From: Octopus sinensis
Lineage: Eukaryota
DNA length: 64,000 nt
Direction: 5' to 3'
Assembly (NCBI RefSeq): GCF_006345805.1
Contig: NW_021836169.1
Location: forward strand, 2,628 to 66,627
This document shows, one piece after another, positions 40,156 to 53,272 of the stretch. Below the pieces are notes generated by a model. It made no database searches, was not told the DNA's origin, and saw nothing but the letters and a program-made list of their open reading frames with translations. Position 1 is the first letter of the stretch; each line of letters starts with the position of its first letter. The position numbers were made by a program, and so were the translations under genes.

Positions 40156-40532
40156 CTTCATTCCTTTTGGGGTCAGTAAAATAAAAACACCAATTTAGTA
40201 CGGGGAGTAGATGTGACTGACTGGGCCCCCTCCCCTTAAAGATTGCCGGCCTTGTATTAAATTTTTTTTAATGACACCAGCTATTTCAAATTCTGGCACG
40301 GGGCCTGACCCCAGTGATAAACTGGTACTTATTTTATCGACCCTGAGGATGAAAGGCAAAATCGAGCCTGGTGGAATTTGAACTCAGAACATGGCTTGCT
40401 AACAATTATGCCAACTTTCCACCATAAATAATAAGAATGGAAAAAAACCATTTCTTATTTTGGCGCAAGGCCATCAATTTTGAGGACAGGGAGCAAGTCA
40501 ATTTCATCGATCCCAATAAATAATAATAATAA

Positions 40533-41317
40533 ATGCCCTGATGCAGTACCAGGCAATGGCTCTCATGGCTTCTGATCTTAATTGATTGGAAGTGTTATCA
40601 TGTACATTGTTTTGTCTTGGTATAAAAGATGGGCTACAGCAAATATTCTGCTCAATACCACAGTGGGATGATAAAATTTACGAAGCCCAGTATACCCATC
40701 ATGACCACCCGTCTGATAAGGGTACACCAGGCACATGCATCACAACCATATGTGCGAGACATGGTGATCTCTATCCAGATAAACAGCACATGACCTTGCA
40801 GGTGGGGCCCAGTAGAATTTCTTCAGGTTGAGTACCCCATCCCGCTCAAAAGGTCCCTGAATAAGGGTCGTTTAAGGATGTTGAAAGAACCACCCTGTTT
40901 CCAGAGGTGAACTATTCAAACCCCAAGAATCCTCTCAACACATGGCTATGATGCTCCCCCACTACTTCTGCTCTCGTGATCAGAGATGCACATATCGTCA
41001 GCCCCCAAGGGACATGCTCAACTGGTTAAGGTCAAACAACTGACAAGCAAATCTGTGGTTGAGCAGAATATCTGCTGTTGCCATCTTTTATACCAAGACA
41101 AAACATGTACAGATAACACTTCCAATCAGTTAAGATCAGAAGCCATGAGAGCCACTGCCTGGTACTGCATCAGGGCATTAGAAAATCTGTGGTATTGAGC
41201 AGAATATCTGCTGTTGCTCATCTTTTATACCAAGACAAAACAATGTACATGATAACACTCCCAATCAATTAAGATCAGAAGACACGAGAGCCACTGCCTG
41301 GTACTGCATCAGGGCAT
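40533..41317. mobile_element. Foldback element with about 130-bp inverted arms and a duplicated right arm
   Basis: Left arm 40533-40663; right arms 41053-41178 and 41187-41317; (AAT)n left flank, (ATT)n right flank. Confidence 0.8.
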
Positions 41318-41345
41318 TTATTATTATTATTGTTATTATTATTAC

Positions 41346-41381
<36 letters not shown>

Positions 41382-41787
41382 TATTATTATTGTTATCATT
41401 ATTATTATTATTATTATTCAGTAGGTCTTATTTTTTTTCCGTACCTTCACCAAGCACAGCTCTGTATGCTTTTGATACATGCTGTGGTTTGTCATAGTGA
41501 TATTATTTTCACTATATTAAAAGTGCATTGCGTAGGAGGTGTGCAGTGCCCCTGGGAGGGCTATTTTCACTACGTTATTTATATTACTCTTTACTCTTTT
41601 ACTTGTTTCAATCATTTGACTGCGGCCATGCTGGAGCACCGCCTTTAATCGGGCAACTCGACCCCGGGACTTATTCTTTTGTAAGCCCAGTACTTATTCT
41701 ATCGGTCTCTTTTGCCGAACCGCTAAGTGACGGGTACGTAAACTCACCAGCATCGGTTGTCAAGCGATGCTAGGAGGACAAACACAG

Positions 41788-41818
<31 letters not shown>

Positions 41819-42014
41819 CATATATACTACGGGCTTCTTTCAGTTTCCGTCTACCAAATCCACTCACAAGGCTTTGGTTGGCCCGAGGCTATAGTAGAAG
41901 ACACTTGCCCAAGGTGCCACGCAGTGGGACTGAACCCGGAACCATGTGGTTCATAAGCAAGCTACTTACCACACAGCCACTTCTGCACCTATATATATAT
42001 ATATATATATACAT

Positions 42015-42475
42015 ATTTATGACTTCTTGTGTTTTGCCAATGTATTTGTCCATATATCTTTTAACCAAACCTAGTGCACCTATTATTATAAATATTATTT
42101 CTGCCTTGAAGCCCCCACATTCTGGTTATCTCTATTTCCAGATCTTTGTATTTCGAGAGCTTCTCTATTTCTTTAAGAGATACACTGTTATCTGTTGGGA
42201 CCGATATGTTGATAAGAATGAATTTTTGTTTCTTTTCTGTTTGATCCCTGACAACAATATCTGGCCTGTAAGCCTTGATCTCTCTATCTGTGTGTCTTGG
42301 TATATACCAGACTATGGCTCCTTTGTCATTTTCTTAGACCCTTTTTCCGGGGCCATGCCCATACCATCTTTTTTCCTGTTGTCATTCCATAGTGTTGGCT
42401 CAGCTTCCAGCATACATTCAGGTCCCAACTCCACTACGTCATTGGATGTCTTATTCTTTTCTACTCTCGGCACAA
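42015..42475 (-). pseudogene. RLE-type (R4/Dong/NeSL-like) LINE C-terminal restriction-like endonuclease remnant
   Basis: Frameshifted WKLSQHYG...WYGHGP...ENDKGAIVW..HTDREIKAYRPDIVV...ISVPTD...KEIEKLSKYKDLEIEITRMW...IIIGALG. Confidence 0.85.
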
Positions 42476-42489
42476 GGCCTGAAAGCTTG

Positions 42490-43790
42490 AGGAAGGAGGC
42501 CAGTCGATCAGACACTCCCCTCTTTGGCCAAGCCCTCATCAATGCCTTCAAGTTATACTTGAAGAGGAAAGTGAGGCTGAAGAGGGAAGTGTTACCTATG
42601 GGTTTATGTTGGACACTTGCTGTCTGTCGCATGTAGGATGGATCCGGCTATCAGCTGAATCTATCGTGCTTCCCTCCTTTGGCCGGGAGGAGCGAGCATT
42701 CTTTATTTGTCTGATGGCTGTAACAAAAGAGGTAGTTTTGTGGACTCATTTGGGCTAAAGACAGACAGTTTCCCCTTTGGCCAAACCCTCAGCAACTTCT
42801 TCAAGTTGGTTATCAGCTGAATCCATAATGAGGATTGCTCCACTGCCCTCCTTCGGCCAGGAGGGGCAGGCAGTTTTTCTTTGTCTGGAGGTTGTAACAA
42901 AAGAGGTAGTATGGTGGACTTGTCTGAAAGGGCTAAAAACAGACACTTTCTGCTTTGGTCAAGCCCTCAACATTTTCAAGTTCCACTTGAAGAGGAAGTT
43001 GAGGGTGAAGAGGGAAGTGTTGCGTTGTAGCAAGTTTATTGAAAGGTGGGTGAATGTTGCAAGAACAGCCAGTGTGAAAGGACTATTTCTGAGCATGCAC
43101 CTATGAAAAAAAATAAAAGAAGACGGGCTCTTGTCCTGGCTAGTGTGAGCTTTTCACAAGGACCTTAAAGCACTGCCCCCTATTGGGAGTTTTCTTTTAT
43201 TTAATTTTGGAAGAATGGCCAGTGTAAAAGGATCAATTCTGAGTGTGCACCTGTGAAAATATTAAAGAAGGGCTCTTGCCCTGGCTAGTGTGAGCTTTTC
43301 ACAAGGACCTTAAAGCACTGCCCCCTATTGGGAGTTTTCTTTTATTTAATTTTGGAAGAATGGCCAGTGTGAAAGGATCAATTCTGAGTGTGCACCTGTG
43401 AAAATATTAAAGAAGGGCTCTTGCCCTGGCTAGTGTGAGCTTTTCACAAGGACCTTAAAGCACTGCCCCCTATTGGGAGTTTTCTTTTGTTTAATTTTGG
43501 AAGAATGGCCAGTGTGAAAGGATCAATTCTGAGCATGCACCTATGAAAAAAAATAAAAGGAGAAGGGCTCTTGCCCTGCTGGTCAGGTACCTGTCACTTT
43601 TGTGGACTTTCCCACAAGGACCTTTAAAACACCTCCTCAATTGGGAGTTTTACCCGTTCAATTTTTATTGTTATTTACTGTGTACACGAATGTGAAAACC
43701 CATTGTATCATCTGTTTTTTTTGTCTTTTGATGTTTGTAGATATTAGCCCTTGTGGCCAATAATAAAACAGATTATTATTATTATTATTT
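42490..43790 (+). mobile_element. Three tandem Tx1-like ORF2 C-terminal fragments plus 3'UTR with 4 x about 145-bp repeats
   Basis: AVFLCLEVVTKEVVWWTCLKGLKTDTF...FHLKRK; repeat starts 43067, 43217, 43362, 43507; ends AGCCCTTGTGGCCAATAA plus (ATT)n. Confidence 0.75.
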
Positions 43791-44159
43791 TTTTTAAAAA
43801 TCAAATGGAAATTGTAGTTGTTATACATGTGCCGGTGGCATGTAAAAGCACCGTCTGTACGTGGCCGATGCCAGCGCCGCCTTGACTGGCTTCCGTGCCG
43901 GTGGCACATAAAAAGCACCATCTGATTGTGGCTATTGCCAGCCCCCTCTGGCCCCTGTGCCAGTGGCACGTAAAAGCACCCACTACACTCGCAGAGTGGT
44001 TAGCATTATGAAGGGCATCCAGCTGTAGAAACACTGCCAGATCAAGATTGGAGTCTGGTGCAGCCTTCTGGCTTCCCAAACCCCGGTCGAACCGTCCAAC
44101 CCATGCTAGCATGGAAAACGGACGTTAAACGATGATGATGATGATGATTATTATTATTA

Positions 44160-45180
44160 TAATAATCCATAGTGAAGATTGCCCCGCCGACCTCCTTTAA
44201 CAAGGAGGGTGAGGCCGTTTTCCTGTGCCTAGTGGCTGTGGCGAAAGAGGTTGTATGGTGGACCCGTTTGAAAGGGCTAAAGTCAGACACTTTCCTCTTT
44301 GGTCAAGGCCTCATCAACTTTTTCGAGTTCCACTTGAAAAGGAAGATGAGGTTAGAGAGGAGAGTGCTGTCTGATAGCAAGTTTTCTGAAAGGTGTGTGA
44401 ATTGTGCGAGAATGGCCAGTATAAATGGACCAATTCTCAGGTCTCGCCTGTGATTCAAAAAGGTTTTATAAAAGGAGAAAGGGGATCTCTACCCCGCTTT
44501 TGACCAGGCTCCAGTTGGCTTTTATGGGTTTTTCCTCGTGAGACCTTTTCTTTTTTCGAAGCGTCTCCTCTATTGGGAGTTTTTCGTTGTTAAAATTTTT
44601 GATTGTTAAACAGCTTTTTACTCTCTCTCTTTTACTCTCTTTTACTTGTTTCAGTCATTTGACTGCGGCCATGCTGGAGCACCGCCTTTAGTCGAGCAAA
44701 TCGACCCCGGGACTTATTTCTTTGTAAGCCCAGTAGTACTTATTCTATCGGTCTCTTTGCCGAACTGCTAAGTGACGGGGACATAAACACACCAGCATCG
44801 GTTGTCAAGCAATGCTAGGGGGACAAACATAGACACACAAAAACACATACACACCATACATATATATTATATATATATATACGACAGGCTTCTTTCAGTT
44901 TCCAATCTACCAAATCCACTCACAAGGTATTGGTCGGCCCGGGCTCTATAGCAGAAGACACTTGCCCAAGATTGCCACGCAGTGGGACCTGAACCCGGAA
45001 CCATGTGGTTGGTTAGCAAGCTACTCACCACACAGCCACTCCTGCGCCTACTCTTTTTTTTTTTAACAAACGGACAAAACCCTTTGTAACCTTTCGTCCT
45101 GTTTTGTCCCTTTATGTTTTCCAGTCATATTTGTCAGCCCTTGTGGCCAATAAAAAGAATTAATTATTATTATTATTATT
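44160..45180 (+). mobile_element. Tx1-like 3' end flanked by (ATT)n, interrupted by SINE family 1 (about 44600-45050, minus)
   Basis: ORF 44172-44453 EAVFLCLVAVAKEVVWWTRLKGL...; terminus AGCCCTTGTGGCCAATAAAAAG at about 45135-45158. Confidence 0.75.
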
Positions 45181-45202
45181 AATATTGTGTTTCACTCTTC
45201 TT

Positions 45203-45504
45203 ATTCCACCTTTGCCCACCCCCAACCCATCTCGTCACCTGGGTAGAGTGTGAATCTGTGAATCGCATACCCTGATAGTATTGAAGCTGTGAACCGATGG
45301 AGTGCAGTGAGGTAGAATAAGGGTGGCTTGGGGTGGCTGTACCTGCCGATGAGCTGGGTACCTCATTCCACCTTTACCCACCTCCGACCCACCTCATCAC
45401 CTGGGTAGAGTGTGAATCTGTGAATCACATACCCTGATAGTATTGAAGCTGTGAGCCGATGGAGTGCAGTGGGGTAGAATAAGGGTGGCTTGGGGTGGCT
45501 GTAT
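45203..45504. repeat. 162-bp tandem duplication (about 1.85 units)
   Basis: TTCCACCTTT at 45204 and 45366. Confidence 0.9.
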
Positions 45505-46513
45505 CCAGCTATCACTTTGTGAAAACACTTACCTGCCCTGCCAAAAGTCCCACCCCTTCATTAACTAGCTTCAGTACCACCACTACCCCTTTCCCACCAA
45601 GTAGACTGCAACATCCCCCGACACCACCCCTTGTCTTCCACCCCTAAAATGGGTGAACTACACCCCAGCATCTGTACGATGTCTTCTGGAGGGGGAAATG
45701 GAAAAACGGATAGGGTGGTGGTTATAGGGGTACACTCAAGTGCATACAACTGTTTCTGGGTGTGCATGCGTGTGTGTGTGTGTGTGTGTGTGTGTCTGGT
45801 GGGAGGGATAGAGGGTGGGAATGTGTGTGTGTGTGTGTGTGTGGATGTCAATCTCTGTGGAGGGATGCATGTGTGTGTAAGAGTCTCTGTGTGTGTGTGT
45901 ATATTTGTGTATGTGTCTGTGTGTGAGAGAGAGAGTGTGTGTGGTAGTACGTGTGTAAGAGAGTGTATGTGGGTTTATGTGTGTGAGGGAGAGAGAAAGT
46001 GTGTGTGTGTATGTGCGTTTCTGTGTGTGTGTATGTGTGTTTCTCTGTGTGTGTGTGTGTGTGTGTGAGGAGAGAGAGTTACTGTGTGGGAGTATTTCTG
46101 CAAGAAGATGTATGTGAGTGTGAAGGAAAGAGAGAGAGAGAGTGTGTGTGTGTTTGTGTGTGTGTGTTGTGTTATGTGTGTTTCTGTGTGTTTGAGTGTG
46201 TGTTGTGTGTGGTTGTGTGTGTGTGTTTCTATGTGTTTGTGTGTGTGTGTTTCTATGTGTTTGTGTGTGTGTGTGGTGTGTGTCTCTGTGTGTTTGTGTG
46301 TGTGTGTGTGCGTATGTGTGTGTGTGTTTCTGTGTTTCTGTGTGTGTGTGTGTGTGTGTGTCTTTGAGTATGTGTGTGTGTGTGTGTCTTTGAGTATGTG
46401 TGTGTGTGTGTGTTTCCCTGAGAGTAACAAAAATATATTCCCTTTCCTTATATAAATAGTTTGGTGCAGGAACCAAACCATGGTTGGCCGTGCGTGTGTG
46501 TGTGTGTGTGTGT

Positions 46514-46547
<34 letters not shown>

Positions 46548-47294
46548 TGTATGTGTGTACATATCTATTGTGTCATTCTTTGATTCGTTTACTTGTTTCA
46601 AACAAACAGAGACACACAAATACATAAGTATTTATTTATATATATATATATGTAAACTGTGCCAGATCAGATTGTAGCCTGGCGCAGCCATCTGGCTCAC
46701 CAGTCCTCAGTCAAATCGTCCAACCCATGCCAGCATGGAAAGCGGACATTAAACGATGATGATGATGATTACATATATATATATATATATATATAAAAAA
46801 ACACCATCCGAGCGTGGCCGTCTGCCAGCTCGTCTGGCAACCTGTGTCGGTGGCACATAAAATCACCCACTACAATCTTGGAGTGGTTGGCGTTAGGAAG
46901 GGCATCCAGCTGTGTAGAAACACTGCCAGATCTGACTGGCCTGGTGTAGCCTTCGGGCTTGCCAGACCCCAGTTGAACCGTCCAACCCATGCTAGCATGG
47001 AAAGCGGACGTTAAACGATGATGATGATGATGATGATATATATAAGACGGGCTTCTTTCAGTTTCTGTCTACCAAATCCACTCACAAGGCTTTGGTTGGC
47101 CAGAGGCTATAGTAGAAGACACTTGCCCAAGATGCCACGCAGTGGGACTGAACCCGGAACCATGTGGTTGGTAAGCAAGCTTCTTACCACACAGCCACAC
47201 TGCGCATATATAATGTATATACATACATATATATATGTAAATATATACATACAAACACTGATATAGAGAGAGAGATATATATAAATATAGATAC

Positions 47295-47696
47295 AGGTGC
47301 AGGAGTGGCTGTGTGGTAAATAGCTTGCTTACCAACCACATGGTTCCGGGTTCAGTCCCACTGCGTGGCACCTTGGGCAAGTGTTTTCTACTATAGCCTC
47401 GGGCAGACCAAAGCCTTGTGAGTGGATTTGGTAGACGGAAACTGAAAGAAGCCCATCGTATATATATATGCGTGTGTGTGTTTGTGTGTCTGTGTTTGTC
47501 TCCCTAGCATTGCTTGACAACCGATGCTGGTATGTTTATGTCCCCCATTACTTAGTGGTTCGGCAAAAGAGACCGATAGAATAAGTACTGGGCTTACAAA
47601 AAAAGAATAAGTCCCGGGGTCGAGTTGCTCGATTAAAGGCGGTGCTCCAGCATGGCCGCAGTCAAATGACTGAAACAAGTTAAAGAGTAAAAGAGT
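47295..47696 (+). mobile_element. SINE family 1, full length, head-to-head with a minus-strand head (47045-47195)
   Basis: Consensus match. Confidence 0.9.
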
Positions 47697-48717
47697 CTAT
47701 CATCATCCAACATCATTGTTTAACATCCGTTTTTCCATGCTGGCATGGGTTGGACAATCTAAGCACGGCTTGGAGTCACGCACAACTCTGTTGTTTTGGC
47801 AAGGTTTCAACACCTGAATGCTCTGCCTAACGCCAGTCAATTTACACTTATACACCTGTACACACCTGTACACACACACACACAAGGCTTTTGGCGATGC
47901 GCTGTGCTTGAGAAGACCCACCAAGCCAAATGAAATCATTGTCGTGGCTCTTGTTGGTGGCACGTAACAAGGCCCTTTTGAATGTTGGGCCTCATGGAGG
48001 CAAGGTGGCCGGTCTTGGTGATCATCATCATTTAGCGTCCGCTTTCCATGCTAGCATGGGTTGGACGGTTCTACTGGGGTCTGGGAAGCCCGAAGGCTGC
48101 ATCAGGCCCAGTCTGATCTGGCAAGGTTTCTATGGCTGGATGCCCTTCCTAACGCCAACCACTCCGTGAGTGTAGTGGGTGCTTTTTACGTGCCACCCGC
48201 ACAGGTGCCAGACGGAGCTGGCAAACGCCCACGGATGGATGGTGCTTTTTACGTGCCACCTATGTAAAAATCACCTTTTGTGTGTTGGGCCTCACAGAGA
48301 CAATCAAAAATGACCAACACCTTTGGCTACATGTTGTGCTTGGGAAGACTTAACAAGCCAAGTGAAATCATTGTCATGGTACATACTGGTGCCACGCAAC
48401 TGGCACACTTGCCGCTGGTATGTAAAAGCATTAAGAAGGGCTTCCAGCCACAGAAACCATGCCAAAACAGAGTGCAGCCCCTCAGTTTACCAGCCCTGGT
48501 TAATCCATCCCACCCATGACCATGATGATGATGGTATATATATATATATATAACTTTGCCGCATACTGAACTCATTAGAAATAGTAGCTAAACTAAAAAA
48601 ATTTTTTTTAAATATTTCTAATACTTAAAGAAAACCTCTCTCATATAGTGTTTGCTCAATTCAACTCACGAAAGTATGGGGGGTAAAGACATTAAAAAAT
48701 CAAATGCAAAGGTTATT

Positions 48718-48769
48718 TGAGAACGTACGTTTCAAGATTAGTCAACTCGACATTTCTATCATCAGCTCA
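48718..48769 (-). ncRNA. Type I hammerhead ribozyme motif (PLE-like)
   Basis: TGAG-CTGATGA-T-AGAAATGTC-gagtt-GACTAATCT-T-GAA-AC-gtac-GT-T-CTCA; intact core, stem I tgag/ctca, palindromic stem III ACGTACGT, predicted GUU cleavage triplet. Confidence 0.75.
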
Positions 48770-48996
48770 GAACTCCTTGGTTTGGCATTTTGAAAACACT
48801 GAAAGTGGGAGCATACCCTTTCGGATTCTTATCGCTTCTGAAGATCTGCTCGAAAATAACAGTGCCAGCAAACTCAAATATGCAAGCGAAAGAATTTCTG
48901 CTCTCCCCCTTTCCACCAGGTGGGGTTTTTAAAATCAGTAAACACTATGCTTTTTTCGGTAAAATCCGCGGGCATTAAATAGAGAGAGAGATGAAT

Positions 48997-49233
48997 TAAT
49001 TTCAACAATGAGGGTAAAATAATAATTATTAATCAATTTCACCGAGTATTCAGATGCAAAGGGACCATTTAAGGCGAATTCAAATTATTACATTATAGCC
49101 CTTTTATATAAGAGCCTTACTAAGCCTTTTTATATAATGTAATAATTTGAATTCGCCTTAAATGGTCCCTTGCATACAGAATACTTGGTGAAATTGATAA
49201 TAATTATTAATTTTACCCTAATTGTTGAAATTA
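48997..49233. mobile_element. Foldback MITE with about 95-bp arms
   Basis: TAATTTCAACAATGAGGGTAAAAT... / ...ATTTTACCCTAATTGTTGAAATTA; about 40-bp spacer. Confidence 0.85.
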
Positions 49234-51084
49234 TATCTATATTATATATATATTACTCTTTTTTACTTGTTTCAGTCATTTGACTGTGGCCATGCTGGAG
49301 CACCGCCTTTAGTCGAGCACATCGACCCCATGACTTATTCTTTGTAAGCCCAGTACTTATTGTATCGGTCTCTTTTGCCGAACCGCTAAGTGACGGGGAC
49401 GTAAACACACCAGCATTGGTTGTCAAGCAATGCTAGGGAGACAAACACAGACACACAAACACATACATATATATATATACATATATACTAGGGGCTTCTT
49501 TCAGTTTCCGTCTACCAAATCCACTCACAAGGCATTGGTCGGCCCGGGGCTATAGCAGAAGACACTTACCCAAGATGCCACGCAGTGGGACTGAACTCGG
49601 AACCATGTGGTTGGTAAGCAAGCTACTTACCACACAGCCACTCCACGCCTATATATGTGGCTTCAGGAACCAAAGACATAGAGACTTATACTCGTACAGA
49701 TGTACTTGTGTGTGGGTGAAGAATGGGTGATGGGGTATTGTTCAAAAGAAACCAAAGCCGGGAGAATGTTTTGTAAGTAGGGCAAGTTAGGGGGAGGAGG
49801 TAGGCAAGTGGGGGAGGTGGCCGGGTGGGAGGGGGCAAGGCAATTAGTTTTCCCTGTACACTCTTACAGGGACACACACACACACTCACATATATTTATG
49901 TATATGTATACATACAGACATTATATATATATATAATATATATATATGCATCTGTGTATGTATATATGTATATACATATATGTATGTATATATAAATATG
50001 TATGTGTATGTATACATACATATATATATATGTATACATTTGTATATATATATATATATATAAATATATATATGTATATGTATGTGGTGGTGTGTGTGTG
50101 TGAGTGTGTATGCTTTTATTGTATTCTCTTTTTCTTTGTGTGTGCGAGTGTGTTCAAACTATATCTCAGACGCAACCCACCCATATCTACTTAACAAGTC
50201 TACCCTCGACCCCTGCCAGCCTCCACCCCGCACCCCCCTGCGCAACCTGACATCCCTACCACACCTACATCTGCACCCACCCCGTTCCCCTGCCTTCTCT
50301 ATCATTTCTTGCTTGGGGGGGGTAGTCTGGGGTGGGGTGGAGTGGGGGGGTGGCGTAGGGGCTCTGCCACCCCATTTCATGTTCTGTGGTGAGATGGGGG
50401 TATCAGGGGGTAAGAACAAGAACAATAATTTGAACAAGATGTCATCACACCCCGCCACACGGCACCCCCGACCCACACCACCCCCACCCGAATCCACACC
50501 CTGCGCCATATCAAAGCCCTCCCTCTGTAAATCTCCACCCATCCTGCCTGGCCGTGTGCATACAGACACACACCTACATGCAATACATGCATGCCAAACA
50601 GCTCACCTATAGAGACACGTGCAAATGTGTACGCACGAGTTGTATGTATGTATAGGGACACACGGATATATCTATAAAGATATATACTCTTTTACTTGTT
50701 TCAGTCATTTGACTGTGGCCATGCGGGAGCACCGCCTTTAGTCGAGCAAATCGACCCCGGGACTTATTCTTTTGTAAGCCAGTACTTATTCATCGGTCTC
50801 TTTTGCTGAACCGCTAAGTGACGGGGACGTAAACACACCAGCATCGTTGTCAAGCAATGCTAGGGGACAAACACAGACCACAAACACACACATACATAAT
50901 TATATATATACATATAGATATAACGACAGGCTTCTTTCAGTTTCCGTCTACCAAATCCACTCACAAGGCATTGGTGGCGGCCCGGGCTATAGTAGAAGAC
51001 ACTTGCCCAGATGCCCGCAGTGGGACTGAAACCGGAACAATGTGGTGGTTGGCAAGCTACTTACCACACAGCCACTCCTGTGCC

Positions 51085-51116
<32 letters not shown>

Positions 51117-51208
51117 AACACATGAAAAGCACCATCGAAAAGTGGCCGATGCCAGTGCCCCCTCGACGGCTTCTGTGCCAGTGGCAAGTAAAAAAATATA
51201 TATATATA

Positions 51209-51612
51209 TCTATATATATAAAAGTGAAGTTGTGCTGCTGTCTGTTCTCCTACGATTTAGATTCCTAACTACTCCACATTTTGTGGTGCAGTTTAACCCA
51301 AAAAAGGGTATTTATAGTCCGTGTTCATATCGAGCCCTTCTGGGTATTAGTGCGCGCGTCTACGATGAGTCTACGATTAAAAAAAAATTTACCATCATTT
51401 TTTCCATTTTAATAATGCATTTTTTTCGCTATTATATAAGGGAAGTAACTCTCTAAAAACGTCTACGATGAGTCAACAAATTTTTTTAAAATTTACATCA
51501 TTTTTTTTTCCATTTTGAATGCATTTTTTTGCTTTTTTTGGCTATAACTCTCTAAAAATGCTATATAGTTTTTTCCCTTACAAACCGAGCACAACGCGGG
51601 CGATACTGCTAG
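51209..51612 (+). mobile_element. Helitron family A
   Basis: A|TCTATATATATAAAAG start; CTAG at 51609-51612; homologous to 5733-6362. Confidence 0.85.
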
Positions 51613-51650
51613 TATTTAATGCTAATATATATATTATATATATATATTAT

Positions 51651-51692
<42 letters not shown>

Positions 51693-51728
51693 ATATATGC
51701 ATGTTTATTCTGTTTCTTTTCTCTATTT

Positions 51729-51763
51729 CTTTCCGATGAAGAGCATAGGCTCGACAAGTAAAA
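51729..51763 (+). ncRNA. Degenerate minimal hammerhead (CCGAUGA family)
   Basis: TTT-CCGATGA-A-GAGC-atag-GCTC-GACAAGT-AAAA. Confidence 0.55.
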
Positions 51764-52802
51764 TACTTTTTCATTTTCCCACTCGTCTAACTAATATACC
51801 AGCTTGTTGTTCATACAACTGTCCTCATCTTTTGTGTTTCTATAAATTTCAATTATATAATAATCATCATCATCATCGTTTAAACTCCATTTTCCATGCT
51901 GGCATGGGTCGGATGGTTCGACTGGGGTCTGGGAAGCCAGGAGGCTGCACCAGGCTCCAGTCTGATCTGGCAGTTTTTCTACAACTGGATGCCCTTCCTA
52001 ATGCCAAATACTCCAAGAGTGTAGTGGGTGCTTTTTTTCTTATGTGCACAGGGGCCAGAGGAGGCTGGTAACAACCACAATCAGTTGGTATTTTTTACAT
52101 GCTATGGGCACAGAAGCCAGTCAAGGTGTTGCTGGCATTGGCCACATTCGAACGGTCCTTTTTACGTAAACAGGTGGTGTAGAAATCAAACAGATTTGAT
52201 TTTGGTTTTGATGTACTTTACTCAATATGTATATACATATATATATATATATATAGGCATAGGAGTGGCTGTGTGGTAAGTAGCTTGTTTACCAACCACA
52301 TGGTTCCGGGTTCAGTCCCGCTGCATGGCACCTTGGGCAAGTGTCTTCTACTATAGCCTCGGGTCAACCAAAGCCTTGTGAGTGGATTTGGTAGAGGCTG
52401 GAAACTGAAAGAGCCCTCGTAGTATATGTTTATATTTATCTATATATTATATGTGTGTGTGTGTGTGTGTGTGTGTTGTGGTCTGTGTTGTCCCCCCAAC
52501 ATCGCTTGACAAACCGATGCTGGGTGTGTTTACGTCCCTGTAACTTAGCGGTTCGCCAAAGAGAGACGATAGAATAGTACTAGGCTTACAAGAATCAGTA
52601 CCTGAGGTCGATTTGAAGTTGTAGCTTGAGCGATGCTCGCATTGACTGTTGACTGGCAAGTTGCAACTGTCAAGTAACTGCGAAACTAGGCATATATATA
52701 TATATATATATATAGATATATATTATAATTACATAGTCGCCTTGATAGATCGTATTAGCCACTACACACATTTATTTTTTCTCCTCCTTGTTTTTCTGTG
52801 TC

Positions 52803-52838
52803 CCTTTGTAGAAGCGCGTAGGCTCGAATTGTAAAAGA
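52803..52838 (+). ncRNA. Heavily decayed copy of the same hammerhead family in PLE-like tail 52770-52935
   Basis: CTTT...GAAGCGCGTAGGCTCGAATTGTAAAAG; flanks homologous to the reverse of 29050-29220. Confidence 0.45.
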
Positions 52839-53272
52839 CTTTTCCTTATTTTCCTGCGGTTATACTAATACATCTGTTTGTTTTCTACACCACCTGTCTT
52901 CCTCTTTGTTTTGTCGTGGAACTCTCCCCTTCTATATATATATATATATATTAATATATAATATATATATATATCTATATATATACAAATAGCGGGCGGG
53001 TGATACTGTACAGAATCCTAGAACCTGCACATGAGTACCATACTACATACTGAAGCACGAACTCCCACGCCATACTAAATAGACCCCCAGTTTATTAAGA
53101 ACAGTACTACTTATTACTTAATTATCAGTGAGCAGATTGTTTTAAAAAGTATTTTTCCTATGATAACACGTCATTTCCTAAAACATGTTTGACGTCATAT
53201 GGTGTCACAGTATCATTATTTACATTATTATACAATTGGACGGATATTTTGTCACTCATCTTTTTTGTTGTT

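Noticed and set aside
41767-42636. 289-aa plus-strand ORF
   Set aside because: Runs through a SINE, the antisense of the RLE remnant and a Tx1 piece; an accidental fusion.
45340-45400. CCGATGAG as a hammerhead core
   Set aside because: No GAAA or compatible stems I and III downstream.
48835-48865. CTGAAGA...GAAA on the plus strand
   Set aside because: The intervening 7 nt cannot form stem II and no stem I is found.
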